A stretch of DNA of 37,981 nt. Origin: an uncultured Gammaproteobacteria bacterium (GTDB lineage Bacteria; Pseudomonadota; Gammaproteobacteria; GCA-001735895). Made by a program: the position numbers and the translations under genes. The notes beneath the pieces were generated by a model that saw only the letters and a program-made list of their open reading frames with translations, was not told the DNA's origin and did no database searches. The stretch covers positions 21,820-59,800 of the forward strand of contig CAZJEJ010000001.1 of NCBI GenBank assembly GCA_964544945.1, in the 5' to 3' direction. This document shows positions 1 through 9,340 of this stretch, piece after piece. The number at the start of each line of letters is the position of its first letter. The first letter of the stretch is position 1.

Positions 1-905
1 TGATTCAATGGTATCCAGGCCACATGCACAAGGCCAACAAGGAATTTCTGAAAATTCTCCCCCAGGTTGACCTCGTGATCGAGGTACTGGATGCGCGTAT
101 TCCCTTTAGCAGCGAAAACCCGTTGCTGAGCAGACTGCGCGGAGACAAACCCTGTATCAAGTTGTTGAACAAAAGTGATCTTGCAGATGCGACATTACTA
201 TCAAAATGGCAAAACCACTTCGAGAAGGACCGTTCGGTGAGGACACTGGTATGTAATAACCATAATGGGTCGGTCTCTGGATTACCCGGACTATGCCGCT
301 CGATGATTCCCACACGCGACAACCGCTCGGCGATGATTTACGCGATGATAGCCGGCATTCCCAACGTGGGAAAATCGACCCTGATCAACCGGCTCGCAGG
401 GCGCAACGTCGCCAAAACCGGTAACGAGGCTGCGATGACGCGGATGCAGCAAAGAGTTGAAATATCCGCAGAACTGACACTGATTGATACTCCAGGCGTG
501 TTATGGCCCAATATCGATAATAGTCCGAGTGGTTACCGGCTTGCGGCAACCGGTGCTATTCGTGATACTGCGCTAGACATGCAGGAAGTTGCCGGGTTCA
601 TCGCCGAATTTCTGCTACACAGCCACGCCGAGATGACTTGTGAGCGATACTCGCTCGACGCCCTGCCTGCCGGCGAAATAGAATTACTGGAAGGTATCGG
701 TCGGCGTCGGGGTTGTGTGACGTCCGGTGGTAAAATTGACCTTGAAAAAGTCTCCCGCCTGTTGATTACCGAATTACGCAACGGTGAACTCGGCGGTTTG
801 TGTCTTGAAACGCCGCAAATGATGGTGCAGGAACTAGCCCAGGTGGATATTATCAAACAACAAAAACAGGCCGAGATGGTCCGGCGCAAAGGTAGAAATA
901 AATGA
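1..905 (+). CDS. rbgA: Ribosome biogenesis GTPase A (YlqF/RbgA family), 5' end cut by about 1 nt at the window edge
   Basis: Frame 3 reads IQWYPGHMHKA from nt 3, the typical RbgA N-terminus. The window starts with 'tg', probably the last two bases of the ATG. GTPase motifs are in circularly permuted order: G4 NKSD (LLNKSDLA), then G1 GIPNVGKST, then G3 DTPG. Confidence 0.85.
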   Translation, partial: IQWYPGHMHKANKEFLKILPQVDLVIEVLDARIPFSSENPLLSRLRGDKPCIKLLNKSDLADATLLSKWQNHFEKDRSVRTLVCNNHNGSVSGLPGLCRSMIPTRDNRSAMIYAMIAGIPNVGKSTLINRLAGRNVAKTGNEAAMTRMQQRVEISAELTLIDTPGVLWPNIDNSPSGYRLAATGAIRDTALDMQEVAGFIAEFLLHSHAEMTCERYSLDALPAGEIELLEGIGRRRGCVTSGGKIDLEKVSRLLITELRNGELGGLCLETPQMMVQELAQVDIIKQQKQAEMVRRKGRNK

Positions 906-1372
906 ATTTACGTCGCGCAATTCTCGATGATGCACAAGCGTTAGCCGATTTCAATATCGATATGGCTCATGAAACCGAGGGAATCAAACTAATTCCCGAA
1001 GTGATTCACGCGGGTGTGGAAGCGATGATAAACAACCCGCAGATGGGTTTTTACCTCGTTATCGAAGACAAAGGAAATATTGCAGCTTCGCTGATGGTGA
1101 CCACCGAATGGAGCGACTGGCGTAATGGCCTTTTCTGGTGGATACAAAGCGTCTACGTAAGGCCGCAGAACAGGCGTCAGGGAATGTATCGGCAACTGTA
1201 CCAACGCGTGAAGGCGCTGGCCGAAGACGAAGCCAATGTCTGTGGGTTCAGGCTTTATGTCGAACACGACAATCGTGCAGCGCAGGGAACATATCGCTCG
1301 CTCGGAATGGAAGAAACGGTGTATAAGGTATACGAAGAAATGAAATCCGATACCCGGTATCGTAAAAACTAA
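902..1372 (+). CDS. GNAT family N-acetyltransferase
   Basis: 156 aa. GNAT-like core (VYVRPQNRRQGMYRQLY, acetyl-CoA-binding motif A region) and typical size. The start overlaps the rbgA stop (ATGA). Confidence 0.72.
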   Translation: MNLRRAILDDAQALADFNIDMAHETEGIKLIPEVIHAGVEAMINNPQMGFYLVIEDKGNIAASLMVTTEWSDWRNGLFWWIQSVYVRPQNRRQGMYRQLYQRVKALAEDEANVCGFRLYVEHDNRAAQGTYRSLGMEETVYKVYEEMKSDTRYRKN

Positions 1373-1381
1373 GATAATGAA

Positions 1382-2269
1382 GTGAGCGAAGGCGCATACC
1401 AGATATTAGAGAAAATATTCAAACGCATACCCCTGCTGGCAGGCTTTCGGGTAAAGGATTTTAAAATCGACCCTTTGCCCGGATATACTAATGATAATTT
1501 TCGAATTACCAATAACCATGAAGACTGGGTATTGCGTATCCCGAGGGATGAAACCAATCGATATATCGACCGACGGGCCGAAGCGAACAATGCTGCCATT
1601 GCGCACAGTATGGGGTTGGCGCCCGAACGGGTGTGGTTCGATGATACGGGGCTGTGCCTGACTTCGACCCTCCCTCATACACGGGCCGTGACACGCGAAG
1701 AGTTACAGCAGAAACCAGTACGGCTCCGCCTCGCCAGGATGCTCAATAAACTCCACCGCAGCACCCGGGCATTTCAGGGCACGGTCGACCTCGATGCACT
1801 ACTAACGCGTTATTACGGGTTGATGCCTGAAGAAGCCCAGGCAGGATTAAAAGACGAATATGTTTGCGCAAGAATGACGTTGAGAGACCTGGCGCAAAAC
1901 GACAGAATATTGGTACCATCGCACAATGATCTGGTGCTGGAAAATCTGTTAATCGATAAATCCGGGAAAATCTGGATCATTGACTGGGAGTATGCGTCGA
2001 TGGCATCCCCCTACTGGGATATCGCCACCGTGTGTAATGCCGCCGGGCTGAATCATGAACAATCGCAAAGCCTGCTGTACGCCTGTCAGAAACGGCCGGC
2101 AGAATATAATATGGAAGTATTAAAAAGTTACCGAACCGTGTTGCAGGTTCTGTCTGATTGCTGGATGGCAGTGTTTACCCGATACGCGGGCATGGACGCT
2201 AATCAATTCAAAGACAGAAAAATTAGCCGCACCAAATCATCAATCGAGAATAAAAAAGACTTATGTTAA
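1382..2269 (+). CDS. Choline/ethanolamine kinase-family phosphotransferase (LicA-like)
   Basis: Brenner motif HNDLVLENLL, followed by IIDWEYASMASPYWDIA. N-terminal LPGYTNDNFRI resembles the GG-TN-NY nucleotide loop of choline kinases. HND rather than the HGD of aminoglycoside kinases. GTG start 9 nt after the GNAT stop. Confidence 0.75.
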   Translation: MSEGAYQILEKIFKRIPLLAGFRVKDFKIDPLPGYTNDNFRITNNHEDWVLRIPRDETNRYIDRRAEANNAAIAHSMGLAPERVWFDDTGLCLTSTLPHTRAVTREELQQKPVRLRLARMLNKLHRSTRAFQGTVDLDALLTRYYGLMPEEAQAGLKDEYVCARMTLRDLAQNDRILVPSHNDLVLENLLIDKSGKIWIIDWEYASMASPYWDIATVCNAAGLNHEQSQSLLYACQKRPAEYNMEVLKSYRTVLQVLSDCWMAVFTRYAGMDANQFKDRKISRTKSSIENKKDLC

Positions 2270-3171
2270 TGCATTCGACCAGCCTCTATGTGACTACCGT
2301 TTTAATCTGGGGTTCGACCTGGTTCGCTATCAAGTTTCAATTGGGTGAGGTCGCAGCCGAAGTTTCGCTGGTCTATCGATTTTCGTTGGCGGCGGTTATC
2401 CTGATCGTGTTTTGCTTGCTGAGCAAACGAAATTTGCGCTTCTCGCCCTCGCAGCATTTCTTTATGGGTTTGCAGGGATTGTTTCTATTTTCTGCCAATT
2501 ACCTGGTGTTTTACTGGGCCACCGGATTGTTAACATCGGGCGTCGTGGCGCTGCTTTTTTCGACGGTAATTTTGATGAATATTGTCAATAGCGCGTTATT
2601 TCTACGTAAACCGATCAACCAGCGTGTCGTGCTAGGGGCGCTGATCGGAATCGCGGGTATCGCATCGGTATTCTGGTTCGAAGTGGCGGGCGTGCAAAAT
2701 AATGCGGCTAGCTGGCAGGGGTTGTGGTTGGGTCTGTTCGCAACATTTCTCGCCTCGATCGGCAATATTCTTTCGGTACGCAACCAACAACAGACCCTTC
2801 CGGTGGTGCAGACCAATGCCTGGGGCATGACTTACGGCGCGCTGATTATGGCTCTCTACGCGTTTTTCAGTGGCGCATCCTTCAGTTACGAGGCCACGAT
2901 CGGCTACAGTGTATCGCTGGTATATCTCAGTGTATTTGGATCGATACTGGCTTTTGGTAGCTACCTGACCCTGATTGGTCGGATAGGCGCGGACAAAACC
3001 GCATACGCGGCGGTGCTATTTCCGGTCATCGCGCTCGGGATTTCAACTTTGTTCGAAGATTATCGGTGGACCGCAGGGGCAGGAATAGGTTTTTTGCTGG
3101 TACTTATCGGTAATTACCTGGTGTTGAAAAAGCCACAGACTACGGTTGCCGTTAGCGCTGAAGCGGGCTAG
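2263..3171 (+). CDS. EamA/DMT superfamily transporter (10-TM type)
   Basis: 302 aa, strongly hydrophobic, with two EamA-like halves. The start overlaps the 3' end of the kinase ORF by 7 nt. Confidence 0.8.
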   Translation: MLMHSTSLYVTTVLIWGSTWFAIKFQLGEVAAEVSLVYRFSLAAVILIVFCLLSKRNLRFSPSQHFFMGLQGLFLFSANYLVFYWATGLLTSGVVALLFSTVILMNIVNSALFLRKPINQRVVLGALIGIAGIASVFWFEVAGVQNNAASWQGLWLGLFATFLASIGNILSVRNQQQTLPVVQTNAWGMTYGALIMALYAFFSGASFSYEATIGYSVSLVYLSVFGSILAFGSYLTLIGRIGADKTAYAAVLFPVIALGISTLFEDYRWTAGAGIGFLLVLIGNYLVLKKPQTTVAVSAEAG

Positions 3172-5309
3172 GCCACCGAAGTTAATGGAACGCCGAGCAG
3201 ATTGGAAACATTGGGCACCTGCTCCAGCGCCCATTTGAGCTGTTTGCGTTTCGAGGCACTGAGCGACGAAGGCGCAACGAAATTGGAAGGGGGTATGCCC
3301 GCCTCGAGATCGATCAACTGCTGTTGCAAAATCGTGTCGAACAGGATTCGATGTGCCTCACGGAGATTGTCGAAAATAGTGTGCATGCTATCGATCTTAT
3401 TACGCACAGCAAGCAACCGCTCTGGTGTAGATTGTTGGTCAACCCGGTATTGAATCGCGAGTACCCGCGCGGTCGAAAATACCGGCATGATGCCGCCCTT
3501 CTTTAAATCCATACGTCCAGCATCGAGTTTATAGCGGCCAAACAGTCCGAGTGGGCTCCGGTCTTTGCAGGCGTTAACCGACATCAGCTTGATAAACGGA
3601 TTCGAATTTGCGCCCTGCTCGAATGCAAAATCGATCACCTTGTTGGCAAGTTCGGTACTGCCGTGTACGCAGGTAGCGTCGAAAAAGATATCGCAGTTTA
3701 AAATATCGTCGGGCGTCTGTCGGTTGATCCAGGTTTTGATGGTCGTTTGCCAGCGGGCGACCGAATGTCGCCAGTCGGTGTTACTAGCCATGATGTTACC
3801 CTTGCAGTAGGGAACGCCAGCAATGTCCAGATCGTCGGAGACAAGCGAACCCAGCCTGGCGAACCAGCGATCCTGTTTGCTATCGGTTTCACCCCGCTCG
3901 AATACGATCGCATTGTCCTGGTCCATCGCCAGCAGACTTTCGCCCCGGCCCCCAGAGCCCAGCACCAGCATCGCGTAATCACAGGGCGGTGGACCTAATC
4001 CCTGGTCTAGCATCCTGGCCTCGGCGTTTTTACAGGCCTGGCGCGTGAGCGCGCAGAGCTCGCGAGAAATAACTGCCGCGATATCCCGGGCGTCCACGCC
4101 TTCAAGGTTTAGGCGAAAAGCGACCTCGGCGATATTCCCCCACACGCTGGCCATGGCCTCGGCATCCTCGGCATGGTCGATATCATCGCCCAGTACCAGC
4201 GCTTCGTCGGCACGCTGGCGTAGCAGGTCACGTGCGGACAATGCGCCGATGATGCGACCGCGTGAATCGTGTACACCGAGATGGCGAAAATTCCTTCGTC
4301 TCATGCGGGCAAGGGCCCGATAAACGAATGCCTCGGCCGCGAGACTGTGCAAAGGGTACTGCGCGATTTCAGCCGCGGGGAGATCGAATGCATCCACACC
4401 CTCCTGGTTTAAGGTGCGTAATAAATCACGTTCGGTGACAATCCCCGGCTCGTCATGGTCAGTATCTGGCTTGACAAAAACCGCACTAATTTCGTGCTCC
4501 ATCAACGTATTTAACACGCTACGCAGTTTATCCTGTGCATCGACAAAAATGGCGGGGCTATGCATCAGATCGCGCAGGCGGTGCCGGTATGGGTAACTGT
4601 CGATACGGGCAAGAGCTGAATCAGAACTCCTTCGGGCCTTTCCGGGTTGATGCACTTCGTGCCACCCCAGGCTCACCTCGTCGGCGGTGATCCTGCTTAA
4701 CTGCTGGCAAGCCCGCTCTGCTTCGGCAAGCGTGCGTATTCCTTTTTCTCGCAACAAAGGCAGCAGCGCGAGAAACACCTGTGCGGCTGCGACCGCGTCC
4801 CCGAGAGCAGTATGTCGGTCATGAATCTCGATGCCAAGCCAGTCGGTTATCGTGTCGAGTGAAAAACCGGGTAAGTTTGGCGCGATGATATTTACCAGGT
4901 AACGTACATCCAGCGTGCGCGGTGCTGACCACTCTTGCCCAGCGAGCTGGTGCTCGCGTTTGAACATGGCGAGATCGAACCCACTGGCGTAACCGACCAG
5001 TACCGAATCGCCAATCCAGTCGTTAAATTCGGCTTCGACCTCGGTAAACCTTTTTGCCTGTGCGACGTCTTCATCACGAAGACCATGGATAGCCGTACTT
5101 TTTGCTGGAATGGGCTCGCCAGGATTGATCAGCTGTTGAAAGCTCTGTGCAGGATCGACCAGACCTCGGTCGATCTTGACCGCTCCCAGTTGAATAATGC
5201 GCGCCCGGCTTGTGTCGAGACCGGTTGTTTCGGTATCGAAAGCGATTACGTTGAGCGAGACTAGCGGTATAGCGCCATTGTTGATATTGGTTGTTGTATT
5301 ATCGTCCAT
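3168..5309 (-). CDS. Fusion protein: DEDDh 3'-5' exonuclease (DnaQ/RNase T-like), CBS pair, DUF294-type nucleotidyltransferase and DUF294_C substrate-binding domain
   Basis: Exo I is IAFDTETTG, Exo II is GYASGFDLAMF, Exo III is HTALGDAVAAAQVF (N-terminal ~200 aa). Two CBS repeats (..ISAVFV..GIVTERDLLR.. and ..FRHLGV..GALSARDLLR..). NTase signature LGSGGRGESLLAMDQDNAIVF. Long helical C-terminal domain. Confidence 0.8.
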   Translation of the reverse strand: MDDNTTTNINNGAIPLVSLNVIAFDTETTGLDTSRARIIQLGAVKIDRGLVDPAQSFQQLINPGEPIPAKSTAIHGLRDEDVAQAKRFTEVEAEFNDWIGDSVLVGYASGFDLAMFKREHQLAGQEWSAPRTLDVRYLVNIIAPNLPGFSLDTITDWLGIEIHDRHTALGDAVAAAQVFLALLPLLREKGIRTLAEAERACQQLSRITADEVSLGWHEVHQPGKARRSSDSALARIDSYPYRHRLRDLMHSPAIFVDAQDKLRSVLNTLMEHEISAVFVKPDTDHDEPGIVTERDLLRTLNQEGVDAFDLPAAEIAQYPLHSLAAEAFVYRALARMRRRNFRHLGVHDSRGRIIGALSARDLLRQRADEALVLGDDIDHAEDAEAMASVWGNIAEVAFRLNLEGVDARDIAAVISRELCALTRQACKNAEARMLDQGLGPPPCDYAMLVLGSGGRGESLLAMDQDNAIVFERGETDSKQDRWFARLGSLVSDDLDIAGVPYCKGNIMASNTDWRHSVARWQTTIKTWINRQTPDDILNCDIFFDATCVHGSTELANKVIDFAFEQGANSNPFIKLMSVNACKDRSPLGLFGRYKLDAGRMDLKKGGIMPVFSTARVLAIQYRVDQQSTPERLLAVRNKIDSMHTIFDNLREAHRILFDTILQQQLIDLEAGIPPSNFVAPSSLSASKRKQLKWALEQVPNVSNLLGVPLTSVA

Positions 5310-5312
5310 CTG

Positions 5313-6059
5313 TTAACGCCCCCCGGAAACTTCGATAAAACCACCGGTGGTATAAGAAGCCTGCTCGGAGAGCAACCACATGATGGCCCTGGCGACCTCA
5401 ATTGGCAAACCCCCTCGTTGCAGCGGTACTTTTGATTTCAGTCGGGCCACACGCCCTGCTTCTCCACCGTCTGCGTGAATATCGGTATATATTAGACCAG
5501 GCCGCACCGCATTGACACGAATACCCTGATTCCCTACTTCGCCCGCAAGACCGATGGTCATGCTATCGATGGCGCCTTTGGAGGCTGCATAATCGATGTA
5601 TTCATTGGGTGCGCCGATGACCGATGCGCGGGAAGACAGGTTGACGATGACGCCGCCCCCTCCTCCCTGGTCGGTCGACATTCGCTTAATGGCTTCGCGG
5701 GCACAAATAAAACTGCCAATTACGTTAGTGTTGAAAACTCGTTTTAAGCGGTCGACCGAAATATTATCGATGGTGGATTGTGCCTCCAGAATGCCCGCGT
5801 TGTTGACCAGCGCGCTGAGGCGACCGAGTCGCTGGTCGATGGTTTGGAACATCGCAATTACGTCCGCTTCGACCGCGACGTCAGCCTTGACCGCTATTGC
5901 CGTCTGGCCCTGCGCCCGCGCATACTCGACTAGTTTCTGCGCTGCCGATTCACTGTTGCGATAGTTGATGCAAAGCGCGTATCCAGCCTGCGCTGCCAGC
6001 CGAGTAGTCTCCGCCCCTATACCGCGACTGGCGCCCGTGATGAGCAACACTTTTTGCAT
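5313..6059 (-). CDS. Short-chain dehydrogenase/reductase (classical SDR)
   Basis: TGASRGIG cofactor motif, NNAG, and catalytic YAASK. 248 aa. Only 3 nt separate its stop from the next start. Confidence 0.9.
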   Translation of the reverse strand: MQKVLLITGASRGIGAETTRLAAQAGYALCINYRNSESAAQKLVEYARAQGQTAIAVKADVAVEADVIAMFQTIDQRLGRLSALVNNAGILEAQSTIDNISVDRLKRVFNTNVIGSFICAREAIKRMSTDQGGGGGVIVNLSSRASVIGAPNEYIDYAASKGAIDSMTIGLAGEVGNQGIRVNAVRPGLIYTDIHADGGEAGRVARLKSKVPLQRGGLPIEVARAIMWLLSEQASYTTGGFIEVSGGR

Positions 6060-6098
6060 TAACTCTCCTGTCCTGACTGGACTAAGAAAGGGATCGGA

Positions 6099-6431
6099 CT
6101 ACCGATAAACCAGTTCCAGAGTCTCTGGTTGACCATTTTGTTTGCGTAAGGCATGAAGCCCAAGAACTCCCCTGGTATCCTGCCTGATTTCGAGATAAAT
6201 TTGGTCCGCGGGTGCTTGCAGGAGACCAATCAGTTGCGTTGCCTGTGGGTGTTGATTGTAAACGACAATCGCGCCCGGTTCTTTTACGAGCAGCGCCCCC
6301 AGTTGCTGCAGGTCTGAACAGGGTATGCAGTCCTCGGCGTCGGGCGTTAATATCGCCAGCAGCGGTTTCGAATCAAGTTGAAGTGCACGCGTGATAATTT
6401 TATTGGTGCAGGTGCGTTTGATCTTAACCAT
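6099..6431 (-). CDS. Hypothetical protein, 110 aa, with a CIPC (CxxC) motif
   Basis: ORF wedged between gatB (15-nt gap) and the SDR (39-nt gap) on the same strand. I recognise no family and see no convincing Shine-Dalgarno sequence. Confidence 0.4.
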   Translation of the reverse strand: MVKIKRTCTNKIITRALQLDSKPLLAILTPDAEDCIPCSDLQQLGALLVKEPGAIVVYNQHPQATQLIGLLQAPADQIYLEIRQDTRGVLGLHALRKQNGQPETLELVYR

Positions 6432-6446
6432 CGGTTCTGCGGCCAG

Positions 6447-7883
6447 TTATTTGAGTTTATCGCGCAACATCTGGTTAACCTGTGTTGGGTTAGCCTTACC
6501 CTTCGATTGTTTCATGATTTGCCCAACAAAGAAACCCAGCACCTTTTCCTTGCCGGCGCGAAACTGCTCGACCTGTTCCGGGTTGTCGGCTATTACCCCG
6601 TCGATCAGGCTTGCGATCGCGCTGTTATCGGTAATTTGCTTCAACCCGCGCGTTTCGATGATCGCATCGGCCGGGCCCTCGCCCTGCCACATCGCTTCAA
6701 AAACTTCCTTGGCTATCTTGCCGGAAATCGTATTGTCTGCAATGCGCTGCAATAAGCCGGCGAGCATCTCGGGCGATACCGGTGAATCCTGAATTTCAGA
6801 ATCGCTACGTTTCAGTGCGCCGCTCAAATCACCGAGAATCCAGTTCGCGAGCTGGTTGGTAAGACCTGGGGCCAGTGGGAGCGCTCGCTCAAAGTAATCG
6901 GCCGTATCTCGATTGCCGGTGAGTAGTTCGGCGTTGTATTCGGACAATTCGAGGGTGTCGATGTAACGTCTGCGTTTTTCATCGGGTAACTCCGGCAAGC
7001 CGGCGCGAATAGCCGCGATATCTTCCTCGCTGACTGTTACCGGCAAGAGATCCGGGTCCGGGAAATAGCGATAGTCGTTGGCCTCTTCCTTGCTCCTCAT
7101 CGAACGGGTTTCGTCCTTGTCGGCATCGTATAGCCGGGTTTCCTGTACCACGGTACCGCCGTCCTCGATCAATTCGATCTGACGTTCGATTTCATACCTG
7201 ATCGCGCGCTCAAGAAAGCGGAAGGAATTAATATTTTTAATTTCAGCTCGCGTGCTGAGCTCTTTTTGGCCAACGGGACGAACCGACACATTGGCGTCAC
7301 AACGGAAAGAACCTTCCTGCATGTTGCCGTCACAAATCTCGAGGTAGCGCACCAGCGAGTGTATTTTGCGCGCGTAAGCCACGGCTTCCTGTGGCGAGCG
7401 CATGTCGGGTTCCGACACGATTTCGAGCAAAGGGGTGCCAGCACGGTTGAGGTCAATACCGGTTTGATCGGTGAATTCCTGGTGTAGCGATTTCCCCGCA
7501 TCCTCTTCGAGGTGCGCACGCGTGATGCCGATGTTTTTTTTCACGCCTTCTTCGGGGGTGATTACCAGGCTTCCCTTGCCAACCACGGGTAACTCGAATT
7601 GCGATATTTGATAGCCCTTGGGCAGGTCGGGATAGAAATAATTCTTGCGCGCAAAGACCGAGAGAGGAGCAATTTCCGCCCCGATTGCAACGCCGAACTT
7701 GATTGCCATGGTCACCGCTGTGCCGTTGAGGACCGGCAGTACGCCAGGGAACCCCAGGTCGACGGTGCAGGCCTGGGTATTCGGCTCGGATCCAAATGCT
7801 GTCGAAGCAGCAGAGAAAATCTTGCTCCTGGTCGCAAGCTGGGCATGTATTTCGAGCCCAATCACGCTTTCCCAGGCGGTCAT
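6447..7883 (-). CDS. gatB: Asp-tRNA(Asn)/Glu-tRNA(Gln) amidotransferase subunit B
   Basis: Canonical N-terminus [13 protein letters not shown] and full length of 478 aa. The start overlaps the gatA stop by 1 nt (TAATG). Confidence 0.97.
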   Translation of the reverse strand: MTAWESVIGLEIHAQLATRSKIFSAASTAFGSEPNTQACTVDLGFPGVLPVLNGTAVTMAIKFGVAIGAEIAPLSVFARKNYFYPDLPKGYQISQFELPVVGKGSLVITPEEGVKKNIGITRAHLEEDAGKSLHQEFTDQTGIDLNRAGTPLLEIVSEPDMRSPQEAVAYARKIHSLVRYLEICDGNMQEGSFRCDANVSVRPVGQKELSTRAEIKNINSFRFLERAIRYEIERQIELIEDGGTVVQETRLYDADKDETRSMRSKEEANDYRYFPDPDLLPVTVSEEDIAAIRAGLPELPDEKRRRYIDTLELSEYNAELLTGNRDTADYFERALPLAPGLTNQLANWILGDLSGALKRSDSEIQDSPVSPEMLAGLLQRIADNTISGKIAKEVFEAMWQGEGPADAIIETRGLKQITDNSAIASLIDGVIADNPEQVEQFRAGKEKVLGFFVGQIMKQSKGKANPTQVNQMLRDKLK

Positions 7884-9331
7884 TATTTTACCTCCGGGGA
7901 CTGGAGATGCCAGTCGGTTGCCTGCTGAAAGCGATGCGCGACGTTGAGCAGGTGAGATTCTTCGAAATAATTACCGATCAACTGTATGCCGACCGGCAAG
8001 CCCTGAGAAAAGCCAGCAGGCACGGAGATGCCCGGTAAGCCAGCCAGGTTGAGTGCTATGGTATAGATATCCTGCAAATACATACTGACCGGGTCGTCTG
8101 TTTTATCGCCCTGTTTAAATGCGACCTCGGGAGTTGTTGGGCAAAGAATCAGGTCAACCAGCTCGAAGGCCTGTACATAATCCTGTTTTATCAGGCGTCT
8201 GAGCTGCTGGGCTTTCAGGTAATAGGCATCGTAGTAACCAGCCGATAGTGCGTAGGTACCGATCATTATGCGGCGCAGCACTTCGTCGCCAAAACCCTCC
8301 CCGCGTGATCGTTTGTACAGGTCTTCAAGGTCCACCGGGTTGTCACAGCGATAACCAAAGCGTACGCCGTCGAAACGCGACAGGTTGGACGAGCATTCGG
8401 CTAGCGCGACAACATAGTATACCGGTATCGACAGACTGGTATTTGGCAGGCTGATATCGACAATTTTTGCACCGAGTTTGCGGAACTCTTCGATCGCCGA
8501 TTCGACGACTCGAGCTACATCGGCATCGAGGCCGTCGGCAAAATATTCTAGTGGCAAGCCAATTCTCACGCCCTCGATATTCTGCTCCAGGTTAACCGAG
8601 TAATCCGGTACCGGCTGGTCGATCGAGGTGGAATCCCGTGCATCAAAACCAGCCATGGTTTGCAGTAGCAAGGCACAGTCTTCTGCGCTGTGAGCAAGCG
8701 GTCCACCCTGATCGAGGCTCGAAGCGAATGCAACCATGCCGTAGCGCGAAACACGACCGTAGGTCGGCTTTATCCCGGTAATCCCGCACAGCGCTGCAGG
8801 CTGGCGGATCGAGCCACCGGTATCGGTGCCCGTCGCGGCAGGGGTGAGCCGCGCGGCCACCGCAGCCGCAGACCCCCCCGAAGATCCACCGGGAACGCGT
8901 TCCAGATCCCAGGGGTTGGCAACCGGGCCGAAATAGCTATTTTCGTTCGACGAGCCCATTGCAAACTCATCCATGTTGGTTTTTCCCAGCATCACCGCGC
9001 CGTCGCGCTTGAAGTGTTCGATTACCGTGGCATCGTATGGTGCAATAAAATTATCCAGCATTTTTGATGCGCAGGAGGTTTTGACTCCGTCGGTGCAATA
9101 AATATCCTTATGCGCGACCGGGATGCCGGTTAAGGCTCTTATGTCACCTCTTGCGATACTCGCATCGGCAACGCGGGCCTGTTCTAACGCCAACGCGTCG
9201 GTTACGGTGATAAAACAGTTAATTATCGGGTTATGCTGCCTGATTCTGCTGAGATAATCCTGCGTGATTTCAACGCTTGAAAACCTTCCTTCGGCCAGGC
9301 CTCGCTGAATTTCCCTTATCGATTTAGTCAT
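7883..9331 (-). CDS. gatA: Glu-tRNA(Gln) amidotransferase subunit A
   Basis: Amidase signature [13 protein letters not shown]. 482 aa, flanked by gatC and gatB. Confidence 0.97.
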   Translation of the reverse strand: MTKSIREIQRGLAEGRFSSVEITQDYLSRIRQHNPIINCFITVTDALALEQARVADASIARGDIRALTGIPVAHKDIYCTDGVKTSCASKMLDNFIAPYDATVIEHFKRDGAVMLGKTNMDEFAMGSSNENSYFGPVANPWDLERVPGGSSGGSAAAVAARLTPAATGTDTGGSIRQPAALCGITGIKPTYGRVSRYGMVAFASSLDQGGPLAHSAEDCALLLQTMAGFDARDSTSIDQPVPDYSVNLEQNIEGVRIGLPLEYFADGLDADVARVVESAIEEFRKLGAKIVDISLPNTSLSIPVYYVVALAECSSNLSRFDGVRFGYRCDNPVDLEDLYKRSRGEGFGDEVLRRIMIGTYALSAGYYDAYYLKAQQLRRLIKQDYVQAFELVDLILCPTTPEVAFKQGDKTDDPVSMYLQDIYTIALNLAGLPGISVPAGFSQGLPVGIQLIGNYFEESHLLNVAHRFQQATDWHLQSPEVK

Positions 9332-9340
9332 CGTACGGCT

